Source: Octopus bimaculoides (Eukaryota). From it: 64,000 nt of DNA. The DNA lies in assembly GCF_001194135.2 (NCBI RefSeq), contig NC_068981.1, positions 87,020,346-87,084,345 on the forward strand, read 5' to 3'. Of the stretch, positions 1-12,519 are shown one piece after another (the first letter of the stretch is position 1; every line of letters begins with the position of its first letter). Under the pieces are notes generated by a model, which did no database searches, was not told where the DNA came from, and worked only from the letters and a program-made list of their open reading frames with translations. The translations under genes were made by a program, and so were the position numbers.

Positions 1-15
1 AGTAGGAGTGAATGG

Positions 16-18
<3 letters not shown>

Positions 19-50
<32 letters not shown>
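19..50. repeat. (TA)n microsatellite
   Basis: Perfect TA run; the 19-mer AGTAGGAGTGAATGGTGAA occurs at 1-19 and again at 64-82. Confidence 0.95.
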
Positions 51-54
<4 letters not shown>

Positions 55-404
55 AAAATACGTAGTAGGAGTGAATGGTGAAGGGAGAGGAGAGAAAATA
101 GTAATTCAGTGAAGGAGAAGTAATAAGAGTAATAGCCATGACTGAGAGGGAATGACAGAAAGTAATAGCAATGAGAGAGAGAGGAAATGGCAAAGAGAGC
201 GTCGTGTATCTTCTACTATAATAATCTTACTGTAATAATACACTTGTGTATTTCTCCGTCACAACATATGAATGAGAAAGGGAGGGGTGATTCACCGATA
301 GAAGTGGGATGGTGAGAAGTCAACGGTGAAACAAAAATCAAACAGCGCTTCAATTCTGTATGAGCATAAGTGAAGTGTGTGCGTGTAAAAGGGAGGAATG
401 TGAA

Positions 405-408
<4 letters not shown>

Positions 409-457
<49 letters not shown>
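409..457. repeat. (TG)n microsatellite
   Basis: Perfect TG run. Confidence 0.95.
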
Positions 458-463
<6 letters not shown>

Positions 464-674
464 TATTTATATATTTGAGTGAGTGTATATGTGTTTGTGT
501 ATGTTTATTTAGAAAGATATATTGAAAATAGAATCATAGATACCAGTGCATTTACACATACATATATAAACAGACACACTTAACAAGGAAGGAAGCGTGC
601 TGTCACAAAGTATAGAAAATCGCGATCGCTACAGACTGTGCAACTCATACATATAAATGCATATATATGCACGT

Positions 675-675
<1 letters not shown>

Positions 676-731
<56 letters not shown>
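676..731. repeat. (CA)n microsatellite
   Basis: Perfect CA run. Confidence 0.95.
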
Positions 732-734
<3 letters not shown>

Positions 735-833
735 GGAGCACTGTTTGGTTTTTATTTTCACCTTTTGTACCCTTCTTATATATAAAATACTACAATTAGC
801 TATCATTTTTGACGGCACGGGGTTAGCTAGTAT

Positions 834-1160
834 TTAAGAAACCTTAACAAAAATTAGCACCACCAATATTTTGATATTTTCACCTTGTTTCATCCGTAGA
901 CTGTCTTCTGACCCGTCCATAATTCCAGATGTACGTCCAGCACGGTTAGTATGTGTATTATCTACCACGAGCAGAATTTGATCTAATATAAATTTGATGC
1001 AAATACATTTCAAATTCTGATTGTATGACAAACATATAAGTATAGTCAAGTAATCATATAAATCAGTAACGTTTTCAAGCAGACAGTGACGTTTAGTAGA
1101 ATATTTTTTTAGTGTTGCCATTTTACACAGCAGACACGAAGAGGTATTTATAGATTGTTT
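834..1160 (-). pseudogene. Possible hAT-type transposase relic
   Basis: ORF 834-1361 contains CLLCKMATLKKYSTKRH (BED-finger-like CxxC...KxH) and SGIMDGSEDS (resembles the first catalytic Asp motif, DGSTD). The spacing is too short for an intact protein, so this is weak. Confidence 0.25.
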
Positions 1161-1825
1161 ATATATTTCCATAGTGTAAATAAATTTTGAGCAAAATATA
1201 GTTTGATAAAGTACAGAAGACCGGAAAATCAAAATTATTGTTGGCATGAGTGTCTTTTTATATTTCCACGCACCAAAATATGCTTTATAATGAAAATCAA
1301 TACCAACAAATATTGAAAATTGTGGCCCATAGAAAGATAAATTGTTAAATAGTTTTTCCAATAGCCAAGATTGTTCCGGAATATCATACTATAAATATCA
1401 CTAATTGCTGAAAGGCAGAGCCATCATATCAAAAGTTTGCTGACTAACTCTGTAATGGGAGGGTGTATGTTTTGCAAATTCGCTGTAATTCACTCAAAGC
1501 TTACAATTCCGTCAATTATTTACACTGAATGAAGGAATTAGTGTTGAAGAACTATATGGAACAATTGTGGATAAACAATTTTCTGGAATGCGGACAAATT
1601 TTTATTTATCAGACATATGGTTTGTGTAATATTTTGACTCGCTTAGAAGCATGTTTCTATTTTACATCTTGAGATATTTGACTACGAGAACATATACATC
1701 TTTCTATACGGCAAAGTTGGCAATGAATTTCATTCTTACACAAAATAGTTCTTTGACCAGCTTCATAACACTGTGAAATGATTGATATGTGCATTGTCAC
1801 AGTCACAATTTTGGGGGGAAATGTT

Positions 1826-2164
1826 GACACACTGGTATATGACTAGTACTTGTTTTATGGACACACTAGTGTATGACTAGTACTTGTTTTATGGACACAC
1901 TAGTATATGACTAGTACTTGTTTTATGGACACACTAGTATATGACTAGTACGTGTTTTATGGACACACTAGTGTATGACTAGTACTTGTTTTATGGACAC
2001 ACTAGTGTATGACTAGTACTTGTTTTATGGACACACTAGTGTATGACTAGTACTTGTTTTATGGACACACTAGTATATGACTAGTACTTGTTTTATGGAC
2101 ACACTAGTGTATGACTAGTACTTGTTTTATGGACACACTAGTATATGACTAGTATTTGTTTTAT
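1826..2164. repeat. 34-bp minisatellite, ~10 copies
   Basis: Unit GACTAGTACTTGTTTTATGGACACACTAGT(G/A)TAT starts at 1841, 1875, 1909, 1943, 1977, 2011, 2045, 2079, 2113 and 2147 (last partial). No spacers. Confidence 0.97.
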
Positions 2165-2761
2165 CAACTTCAGAAAGATGAATAGCAAAATCTACCATGA
2201 CAATATTTGAACTCAGAACATAAAGAAGCATCACTAAATATCATGTTATTCAGTACGACATTCCATAATTTCTTCCCTCCGTTATTATTTTCATTTTATG
2301 CTTTCCAGAATTATTCGTTGTCATTCCCGTTACCATCAAAGGACTTTATTGCTGAATACTTGGTGCAAACAAGGAATAAGAATATCATATTTATATTTAT
2401 AATTTTTTTTGTAGCTGTATTAAGTATTTTAATGAGTCTCAGTTCTTCTAATTCTTCCGGGGTTTTTTTCAAAACATTTATAATATCTAAATAACTACTA
2501 TCAATTTATTTCATTGTCATAATGCTGAACAATTCAAGAGTTAAAACCGTATTCTTCTACTGTAATTTAGAACTTAGGACATTCTCTAAACTGAAACGAA
2601 GCCGAATACAACAAACTGATTTATTGGAAATTTTTAATGATAAATTGGATCATAAATACTATTATGAACGGCAACTTTATGTTATTCATATCTTGTGACA
2701 GATGCCGTAGAACGCCAAGAAAGAAGCAAGTGTATCTGGTCTGCTACAAATGTTTCGATTA

Positions 2762-5046
2762 CACTGAACAACAAAGATTTCACTACTGGAGTAAAAGCTT
2801 GTGTTTTAGGCCAAATCGAGGATGCTGATTCTGAATCTGCACTCAAAATTCTTCTAGCACGTTAGGATTTTGAGTTATGCACATGCGCAAGATTATAACT
2901 ATACTTTTGGCTAGATATAGGCCGTTTTATAAAATTTGCTTAAATGAAAGCAGTCTTAATTCAAAATCTAAAAAATAACAGCAATAAAACAAACGATGAG
3001 AAAGTTCATTATTTAATTTAGTAATAGATGGCGCTGACGTATTATGTTTAAGCGCCAAATACGTCAATTTGTTCTTGCTAACTCTCTGTGTCGACTGCGC
3101 TGCCGTCACGTGTGGTATGTGTATCTCTCGCTCTGCGTGATTACTGATTTGATAGTGTTCATTGTGTCAGATCATGAATAGGAGATTCTGTGTGAATCAC
3201 CCAAATAACTTTTGTTATGTCTGTGGAAAATTTGCTCCGCGTGACCAGCAGAAGAACATTAAAAACTGCCAAATTAAAAACTGCCCATAAGTATTATTTC
3301 TGGTGGGACGAAAACAAGAGGTGGACGCTTTATATATGGTGCATCGTGTGTTGCTCAGGGCTTACACAATGGTTGAATGGAAAACGGGAGGGAATGCCTT
3401 TTACTGTACCAATGGTATGGCGTGAGCCAACCAATAATGTCTGTGAATGCTACTTTTGCATGACTAAAATTAATGATTTCTCAAAGAAAACGAAAGCAAA
3501 AATTGTGTATGCAAATTGTAAGTCGGCTCTAAAGCCGGTCCCACATGACTTCGAGAACCCTGTCCCAGTTCCTCTCTCACATGATTCACTTGAAGACATT
3601 GACACGTCGCACGATGAACCTCCTGATTCTACTATCGACGAAGAGTATATAGTTGATACTAAGAAAAATGAGCCACACTTGTTTAATCAAGATTTGAACG
3701 ACTTAGTAAGAGACCTGGCATTTTCAAAGGAGAAGACTGAAGTTTTGGGATCCAGGTAACAGCAACGGAATCCCTTACAGCAAGGTACGAAAATTTCCAT
3801 TTTCCGTTCTCGACATGAAGGCTTATCTGCCTTTTCCAAGCAAGAAAATAATGCTTGTTTCTGTACTGTCGTTAATGCACTCATGCAAAAACTAGGACAC
3901 GAGCATGTGGCTAACGAATGGGGATTGTTTATAGACTCGAGTAATGTTAGCCTCAAGGCTGTGTTGCTACATAATGGTAATGAAAAACCTTCTGTTCCTG
4001 TGGGTTATGTTGTCGGTATGGAAGAAACTTATGAATCGATGGAACTCATTCTGCAAGGAGTTAGTTACTCAGTTCATAAGTGTAATATTTGTGGTGATTT
4101 AAAGGTGATTTCCCTCTTAGGACTGCAGCAAGGATGTACCTAAAACATGTGCTTCTTGTGTGTTTGGAACAGACGCGACAACAGCAATCATTACACTGTA
4201 AGAGTCTGGCCTAAAAGAGATGAGCGCATAGTTGGTGGGTACAATATGCAGCATATGCTATTGCTAGGCCCGCAAAAGATCTTCCTTCCACCCCTTTACA
4301 TCAAACTCGGCCTCATGAAAAACTACTTAAAAGCAATGACACACGATGGTTCTGTCTTCCAGTACCTGAAAGTAAAATTTGGCACAGAGAAGGCATTTTC
4401 ATTGGATCCGAGATCAGAGAATTGATATCTGAAAGCAAATTCAAAGGTAAACTGAATCCAGTTGAGTTGACGGCATGGGATTCATTTGTGTTAGTTGTAC
4501 AGAACTTTCTTGGAAATCATAGAGCTGAAAACTACGCTGATTTAATAAACAACATGCTAACAGCGTATGAAAGAGTGGGATGCCGAATGTCCCTTAAAAT
4601 GCACTTCTTGCATTCTTATCTCGATTTTTTTCGAACGAATCTTGGTGCCGTTAGTGATGGGTGACTACTGCTGGTTCCTACAACGGGAGACCAGTACAAC
4701 GCATAAGCGCAAGAGCAAGTATCTCAAAATTTCTGAGCTGAGCGTATAAAAAATAAAGCATTTCTTAACATAAATATACCATGTACCATTATATTATAAA
4801 ACTATTTGCCTTGAACATAAATTTATTATATACAGTACTAATATACTATTATAATAATTATTTACCTTGAAGTTAACTATTCCTGATACTAATATGGTAT
4901 GAATATATAATTATGCGCATAACTCAAAATCCTGACGTGCTACAGCAATTCTGAGTTCAAATTCGGAATCAGCGTACTCGATTTAGTTTAGAACAGCACT
5001 ATTTGTCTGGGGAGCAGACAATAATTTTTTTTTTTTTTGAGCAGTC
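2762..5046 (+). mobile_element. Chapaev3/CMC-like DNA transposon, full-length, defective
   Basis: The left end starts CACTG and the right end is GCAGTC (1 mismatch to CAGTG). Subterminal inverted repeats 2811-2884 and 4913-4986 have 12 mismatches in 74 bp by hand alignment. A transposase pseudogene lies inside. Confidence 0.8.
3174..4749 (+). pseudogene. Chapaev3-like transposase pseudogene
   Basis: Frameshifted pieces: MNRRFCVNHPNNFCYVCG, PMVWREPTNNVCECYFC, LNDLVRDL, LFIDSSNVSLKAVLLHNGN, ICGDLKV, CFLCVW, PPLYIKLGLMK, FLGNHRAENY, MSLKMHFLHS, DYCW. Stops, frameshifts and deletions are present. Confidence 0.85.
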
Positions 5047-5420
5047 ATTTCATTATACTGCTGAGGGACTTGTAAAAAAATGCAACATTTGCACCATCTC
5101 ATTCCATTTCCACTAAAACTCTAAGTTTTGTACATAAAAATCTCATCTGTATTATTCAGTTTTGCATTGACAGTACACCACACTTAATCGACCTCAATAT
5201 TTTACTGGTGCTAATTTCCTCGATTCTGAAACCATAAAAATGGTATTTCCATGCAGTTGCACTCAATAAAGAAAATGTAAAATATTCACTGGAATTTACA
5301 CTCAGAACATGAAAAGGTGAAACATAAATGTTGCCAGTTTCTGCCACTTCGCTGTTCCTGTGATCTATATAGATAATCAATAATGAAGTAAAGATCAATA
5401 GGGAGCATGGGGAAATATTC

Positions 5421-5680
5421 ACGACCGAATACAGTAGTGCCTCGACCCCAAGATTCCGAGTCCGATTCCAGGCAGTGACCTTAATAATAATAATAATAAC
5501 AGCATTAAAAAAATACCTTAGGAATGAAAACTCAGGTTCAAAATTTCCCCAAGACACCTGATGAAGGTTGGAGGGTATATCAGCCGAAACGTTGTGTTAA
5601 CAACAAAGAAAGATGAGGACAAATATCCGTCAAATATAAATAATGTAAATAATGTACATAATTCCTCAACTTTTAAATAT
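5421..5680 (+). mobile_element. Short non-autonomous retroelement: tRNA-like head, (TAA)n linker, Penelope-type tail with hammerhead
   Basis: B-box-like GAGTCCGATTCC at ~5458-5469, short TAA run, then CTGATGA...CCGAAACGTT and an AT-rich tail. Confidence 0.55.
5553..5598 (+). ncRNA. Minimal type I hammerhead ribozyme motif
   Basis: Stem I GACAC/GTGTT; core CTGATGA (5558-5564); stem II GGTTG/CAGCC; GAAA; palindromic stem III AACGTT; GUU triplet with predicted cut after 5593. Confidence 0.75.
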
Positions 5681-6829
5681 GAAACTCTACAACATACTGT
5701 AAATTGAAATTGCTTTTAAAATAAATTTCACTAGTCAAAAGGTCGAGCATAAATTTTTATGAAAGCAATTGCTAATCTTCTGGATGCAAATAAATTTTTG
5801 TCTTGTTTAGTTGCAACTTAATTATAGGAAAAAGATCCCATAACTTCTTCAAGGTCTTCCAAGCTGGTGTGAGAAAAAGAACGAGAGAAGAAAATACCTT
5901 TTTACCAGAGACTTGGTTTCATTGCGTACACCAGAGTGCACTTACTTGAGAATGCCTAATGCTATTTCTTCCGACTTTCTGCACTCTGTGTTCAAATTCC
6001 ACCCAAGTCATCTTAGCTTTTCAGCCTATCTGGCCGATAAACAAGCACCAATCCAGTTAGGATGATTGATGGAAGCGTTAGAACGTCGGACCGAACGCTC
6101 TGCAGGATTTTTCCTGGCTCTTTGCGTACTGAAATCAAGTTCCGCCGAGGTTTGCTCGGGTGGTAGATTTAGTCCGTCACCAGTTTAGCTACACCTCCAC
6201 CTGAAACTTAGATGGCTTTTAGCCGAGTAAATTCTATTGCAGGTATCTGGTTTGAAAATACCGACCTTATTTCCAACAATCTCGAAAACCCTGTAAAAGG
6301 TCACATGCACTGACTTCACTCCGACATAGCACGCAAGGATCAAGTCAATGGAAGAGAATTGAGAAATTGACCTATATCGATACTCGATGAAAGATGTTAG
6401 CGTTAATATCCGGCATAATCATTTTCGAGCAGATTCACAAAGCTACTCAAGGTTTCTATAAATCTGAGAGTTTACGGGTGAACGTTCTATAGCATTTCTT
6501 GAGATGAGTACTCCATATTTTGTGCGTGTGTTTTGTTTTGTTTTGTTTTTATATTCAGATATCCTACCTTTCAGTACAACTGGTGGGTGACTCACTTTAG
6601 TCTTAATTCTGTCAAAAGTTCGTTAACACAAGCAAAGTTGTACGATATTGGGTCCATATCAGTGATGGAAATGGTGGTGTATACAAAGGGGTGGTGTTCC
6701 CTGCTTTTCCGGTCATAAAGTTGAGTGATACCTTTGCAACCTCAGCTTCTCGAATCTTAGTCTACCTCTAGTTCCCAACTGATGGATTCTGCCACCCAAG
6801 AACAGGAATGGAGGCCTTCAACGAGCTTC

Positions 6830-6995
6830 CAGGCAGCTTCTGCCTACTAAATTTCACTCAGCTAGTTTTGGTCGAACAAAATCTATGATAGAAGACACTT
6901 ACCAAAGATGCCGTATGCTGGGATCGAATATTTGGGTACGATAGTTACAGTATAGTTACGAAGCGTACATCTTAATCATGCAACCGTTACAGCAC
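6830..6995 (-). mobile_element. tRNA-derived SINE, family A, degenerate
   Basis: Matches the copies at 36950-37320 and 54445-54838 (CTAC..AAATTTCACTCA...GGTCG...AGAAGACACTT). Confidence 0.55.
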
Positions 6996-8187
6996 ATTAA
7001 GAAGGAGTCTGAAAAAATGCTACTTATCTTTTAAATTACAGACGTTTGATTACATTTGTAATGCTTATAAACATTCTTCATTTTCCTAAGCCTTTTCTGG
7101 TAATCTCCATGAAGCCAGTCTATTCATTCTTTCTCTTTTACACACAAATACACGTCCGCATAAACAAATACAACGACCTTGGTTTTCATTACAAATTTAT
7201 AATACACTGCAAGAGGTACCCGGTGTTACTTGAGTGCCAACAATTCTTTCCAACATACCTGGCTTAACTTACAAGATTCTATACAGTTTTTGTATATAAT
7301 TATATCTGCGATTTTTCTATCTATGCAGATACATGTCTAAAGCTGATTTTTTTTTTTACATTCCTATGATGTGTAAAGCCTTTAAGACCGTTTACTGTGT
7401 TTATTGATAATTTTACTTTTATGACTTAAGAAAATACTATCTTCATGTTTTACTTTATATATTTTCTTGCAATAATATTATTATGCAACACGTTAAATAG
7501 CAGCAGTTCTAACAAAAGTGTGTTTTATTCAGTAAGAGCTCTAATGCAGGCAACATTTGCTGTTCTGCGGTTTGATGTTCCAATGAAAAGATTTCTACTT
7601 GGTCCAACATATATACATAAAACATAAAGTTGACAATAAGAGAAACGTGGATTGATTTCAATGCAGTTATAAAACCTGAGGGACTATCTCCGACACAGAA
7701 AGAGGTAGTGTTACTGGAAACTAATGGGGTATGGGGATGAGAAGAACGTGTGTAATGGAAACAATTGGGTGGGGGCGAAACCGGCCATAAAGGTGACTTC
7801 GATGAAAAAGACATTAGAATTTTGACAACGAATTTTTGTACCTTTACAGAATTTTTCTACGTTCAAATTTTATAGCATCATAATTAGTTCGCCCAATTTC
7901 GGTTGTAGATCGTGAAAAGAGACTTCAGTAGGTCGAAGAGCCTTGATAAAAATGATATAGGCTGATAACTGTTGGAAGCAGGTAACATTAATATCCTGTA
8001 CAGGATCATTTTCGAGGAGATTAAGAGGAAATTAAGAGTAACTATTCCGTAGCGTTCAATATTTTTTCTTTTTTTCTTTTTAGTACTATGACATCTCTCC
8101 TCTCAGTACAACTGATAACTCGCTTTTGTCCTTATTCTGTCCTAATCGACTTCCCCTTTCCTCAAAATCTGCTGGCCCTATGCCAAA

Positions 8188-8199
8188 ATTTGAAACCAT

Positions 8200-8250
<51 letters not shown>
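8188..8250. repeat. (AAT)n microsatellite
   Basis: Perfect AAT run. Confidence 0.95.
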
Positions 8251-8251
<1 letters not shown>

Positions 8252-8586
8252 GGCAGTGGTATTGTTTTCAGTCGTGTTTGTTTGTTTGTCCACGGACAAG
8301 ATATCTCAAGAACCGCTAGATGGATTCAGGTGAAACTTTCAGGAATGTATGGCCTCGTAACTAGCACGAATTGATTAGATTTGATGATCGATCCGGTACC
8401 AAACAAGGATTCTGGATGATTTTTTTACTTCATTTTTGAGAACGGTCGGGTTCATTTTTAGTATTCTCGTTTGTAAGAGCAGTCGAGTTTATTTCAGATA
8501 TTCTCATTTTAAAAATCATCTCGGTTAATCGTTGAGAGAACTTTGGTGTAACCTTGGCGGAGGTCTGCACTCTCTGAGTGCTCTTG
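8252..8586 (+). mobile_element. Helentron-associated non-autonomous element (HINE/DINE-1-like)
   Basis: GTTT microsatellite near the 5' end, AACCGCTAGATGGATT..GAAACTT motif, 3' subterminal CCTTGGCGGAGGT and terminal hairpin GCACTC-TCT-GAGTGC. The 5' subTIR is lost. Confidence 0.65.
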
Positions 8587-8620
8587 TTGTTGTTGTTATT
8601 ACTATCATTATTATTATTAT

Positions 8621-8667
<47 letters not shown>

Positions 8668-8704
8668 AGAGACAGAATCTGAAAAGATATTTCAGCGTGA
8701 TAAT

Positions 8705-8940
8705 ATGAAAGTTTAGCAAGACAGGAAACTGACAGAATCTTTAGCACTCCGAGCAAAATGCTTTGCGTCATTTCGTGCGGCTCTGTTCTGAGTTCAAATT
8801 CCACGGGAATCGACTTTGCCATTTATCATTTCGGGGTCGATAAAATAAAGACCAGTTGAATAGATAGAATCAATATAATTGACTTACTCTTCCCACAAAA
8901 TCTGCTGGCGCTATGCCAAAATTTTAAACCATCATAATTA
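8705..8940 (+). mobile_element. tRNA-derived SINE, family B
   Basis: B box GAGTTCAAATTCC and central CATTTCGGGGTCGATAAA domain (MetaSINE-like, tentative). Flanked by a ~31-bp direct repeat (8666-8696 / 8951-8982). Confidence 0.75.
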
Positions 8941-9778
8941 TTTTCGGACTTAAGAGACAGAATCTGGAAAAGATATTTCCGCCTAACAACATTAAAGTTT
9001 AACAGCATCGACCGGTGTAGCTTAGTTCTGAATTTTCCACTAAATTGATTGTCGTTTTTGTTTCACTATATTAAAGAGAAAAGATTTTGTTTGTTTTTTC
9101 TGTGGAGGTGGTGTAAAAGTAGTTGTTTACTTAAAGCTTCATATCCTCTGGTGTTTGTGCAAAAATATTATCAAAACTATGCACAAATATGCTAATACAG
9201 ATTTGTGCAGAGCTAAACAGAAGTAGAGTAATATGCTATGTAAATTACATACGGTTCAATGAGTAGGACGCCATACAAGATTTTGCCACGGGATATTTAT
9301 TTAGTCAGTAAATCGCAAATATACACATATTATTCATGAATACGCTGCGCATAGAAACTCATTTCTGTTCTTTGGATATACATAAGTGTGTATGTGTGTG
9401 TGTGTGAGAGAGAGTAACTGCGCGCGAGCGCCCACGTGTGTGTGTGTGTGTGTCCCAACAGCAAAAACTGATTGTATTTTCTTCAGTGGCATATTAATTC
9501 TGAAGAAATGCTGATTGCTTGATATTATCTCCCTTTCTCATTCAGAGTCGGTTGCAATTTCCATTAAACACGATAGCCTTTAAGCGAGATTTATTTCAAT
9601 GAATCAAAATTTTATCTTCAGTGGTAATAAGTGTACCTTCATTCATTTTTGTTATCCAAGCTATCCAAGCCATTCAGAGTCATTTGTCTTTGTCCACGTT
9701 TGATCGACCAGAGTAACAGATGTTGTTATACACCGCTTGTCACAATGCTCTTCTTCGCAGTGTTGCAGTTTTAAATAA

Positions 9779-9791
9779 TAGATAGACAGAG

Positions 9792-9871
<80 letters not shown>

Positions 9872-9931
9872 TGATAGATAGATAGATTGAAAGGTATAAT
9901 AAATAAACACTCTAATTGGTCNNNNNNNNNN

Positions 9932-9987
<56 letters not shown>

Positions 9988-10020
9988 TATGTGTGTGTGT
10001 ATGTGTGTATGTGTGTGTGT
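9779..10020. repeat. (AGAT)n and (TG)n microsatellites around a small gap
   Basis: AGAT run ~9779-9887; TG run 9932-10020. Confidence 0.95.
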
Positions 10021-11439
10021 AAGACATAGTGTTATGTTGCTGTGGATACTTACGATACATTCACTTACACTGTATATAACTTTTTAAGTGGAAATGTATA
10101 TGTATGTTTTAATTCGTTGCAAGAATTCTAAAACCATTCTATTTATACACTGATCAGGTTAATCAGGAACAGTAGTTGATTAGTCTGGACTACTCGCTAT
10201 ATTCATCAAACATTTGTCACCATATAAATAGTATTAGTTGTTGACTAATGTTTTAATAATTGCATTATTTCTTAACGCATTAATCTATTCTGAGTTTACA
10301 AAGTCTACAAATGGTGAAATAAACTAAATACTATTCAATTTGTTAATGGTAATAAGACGTACTATTTAAAGTCAAATTCTCGGTAGATTTACTAACTTTA
10401 TAAAGGTTAATTGAAAATGGCTCCCTAAGCAATGTTGAACGACATGTGTATAGTTTTAGTCTGTTTGAAAATAGCATTGCAATTTACATTGTGCTTTGTA
10501 GTAAATGTCAGTTTAAGATAGTAAAAGCTATTAAATATAATGAAAGATAAAGTCTATGAATGGTCAATTGATACTAGGAGTTTGCTAAAGTCTACAAACC
10601 TATCAAATTCTTTTCTTAATAATGAATGCAAGAAAAAACAAAAAACATCAAAAACATCAAAAAGCAAATGTATCTGTTAATTCTAGTTTAGCTGAATATT
10701 CATTGATTAACCACCCACTAGTTTATTAAGTGATAACATCGCCAACACAATAATAATGTTAGCTTATATTGATTTCTAACTTTAACACAAGACTTTAACT
10801 CTTGTAGGCGGAGATCCAGTCGATTAAATCCGTCCCGGTATTTAATTATTTATTTTATATTATACCACAAATGGCAAATAATAGCGCTTTTTGGTTACAG
10901 GTTTCCAATGAGCCAATCATTAATTCACTATATTTCCGATGTCAGAAAGTTACAAGAGCGAATCACTGCATCTCGGATCAGAAGTATTTTATTTTTGTTT
11001 ATTAGTTTTTCTTAAATATACACGCGATAGCCACAAAAATATGCACACACGCACACATACAAACATATGTCAGCACATGCATACACTCACACACATACAC
11101 ACACACGTGTACATACATGTGTGTGTGTTTGTGTGCGTGTGCCTGCATACATACATACATGCATACATACATACACAACTGATATAGGAACGGAATTTGG
11201 ATTTGGCCAAAAGGAATGTTCGTATCTGATTATTGAATGTGGAAAATCGATTCTCGAAACCCAAAACCTGAACATCGACGGTCGCTCTGTGTCTCCTGTT
11301 CTACACAAATAAAGCTACAAATACTCGGGTATTGATTAACACATATTTTGAAGGTGCTGCGAATAAGGATAAAGTGACCCGATAATATTTCACAAGACTC
11401 AGAAAAATGTAGCAGTCGGAACTCTCCTCTTACAACACC

Positions 11440-12090
11440 TCACAATGTTTTCGCAGTACTAGTGCTGATACCAACATTTGTGAACCTTGACTGACCTGCA
11501 GAAGAAATTCTCTTCTTAGACATTAAAACCCGTGAGACCCTGACATGTATTGGAAACTTCCACAGAAACAGAGATATTGATAAAGGAGGTAGAAGCTTGA
11601 GATCAGTGCAGAAAGACTTTGAATGTGGTATAGTATCTCTAAGACTGCAGAAAAATTGATAATATAAACCTAGTGCTGAAAAGCACAGAGAACAACACTC
11701 TACGCGTGGGCAGTGAGCATTCTCTTCCTGACGATCTCTCATGCAGCCCCAACACCTGGATAAACATATCTCAAAGACCTGAATATGAAACGCTCAGCGT
11801 AAACAATATACAATGCCATAAAAAAAAACATTGTCCTAAGATAAATATGGGGAATACCACTTGTAATTGAATACATACATAAATATAAATAAGAAATATT
11901 GCTGAAACATTCCCATCAAAACTCCTATCAAGTGCAAACATAATAAGCTAAAGAAGATTTATGGACTGTCATAGGGGTCAGCTGCACAACTGCAGTGAAT
12001 ATCTCATCGAAAATCTGAGAGAAATAGAATAACTATGGGCATATATTTCGAAACCTTCAGTTTCTACACCCAGATTAAGAATTCACATCA
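11440..12090 (+). mobile_element. Decayed R4/Dong-clade LINE fragment (thumb to RLE region)
   Basis: Translated pieces GNFHRNRDIDK-GGRSLRSVQKDFECGIVSL, NIPIKTPIKCKHNK, VIGVSCTTAVNISSKI, NLQFLHPD parallel the C-terminal half of R4/Dong proteins. Confidence 0.55.
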
Positions 12091-12519
12091 GAACATTTGG
12101 TTTTGTTTGTGTGTGACAATCTGGGGGAAATTTGGGTTTCCAGAAAAAGAAATCAACCAGCTAACGCGCACGTTGTAAGTGGAACAGTAAAAATATGCAA
12201 AACTTTTCTCAAGTTTAAAATATGATATCAATCTTATTATCACATTCCAACAACAAAGTTGTGTATCTTTGTTAGAAACTAACTCCGTCAATACAAGAAA
12301 ACTCATGTAATTAAAAACAGAACATTCATAAGTATCTATATATACATTTATGTATATGAATATGAATGTATGCGCGTGTGTTACATATTTGAATGTTGGG
12401 GCGCGTGCGTGTGTGTGTGTATGTGTGTTTGTGTATCTGTATCTGTGTCTGTATGTGTGGGTGGGTGGGTGCATGTGTGTTTGATTTTATATATAATTTT
12501 ATTTATAAAACAAATACTA

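Noticed and set aside
1826-2164. CRISPR array (repeat length is in the CRISPR range and partly palindromic)
   Set aside because: Units are directly adjacent with no unique spacers, there are no cas genes, and the context is eukaryotic.
7600-7830. Possible host exon or gag fragment
   Set aside because: It contains stops and no recognisable motif, and no convincing splice sites were found.
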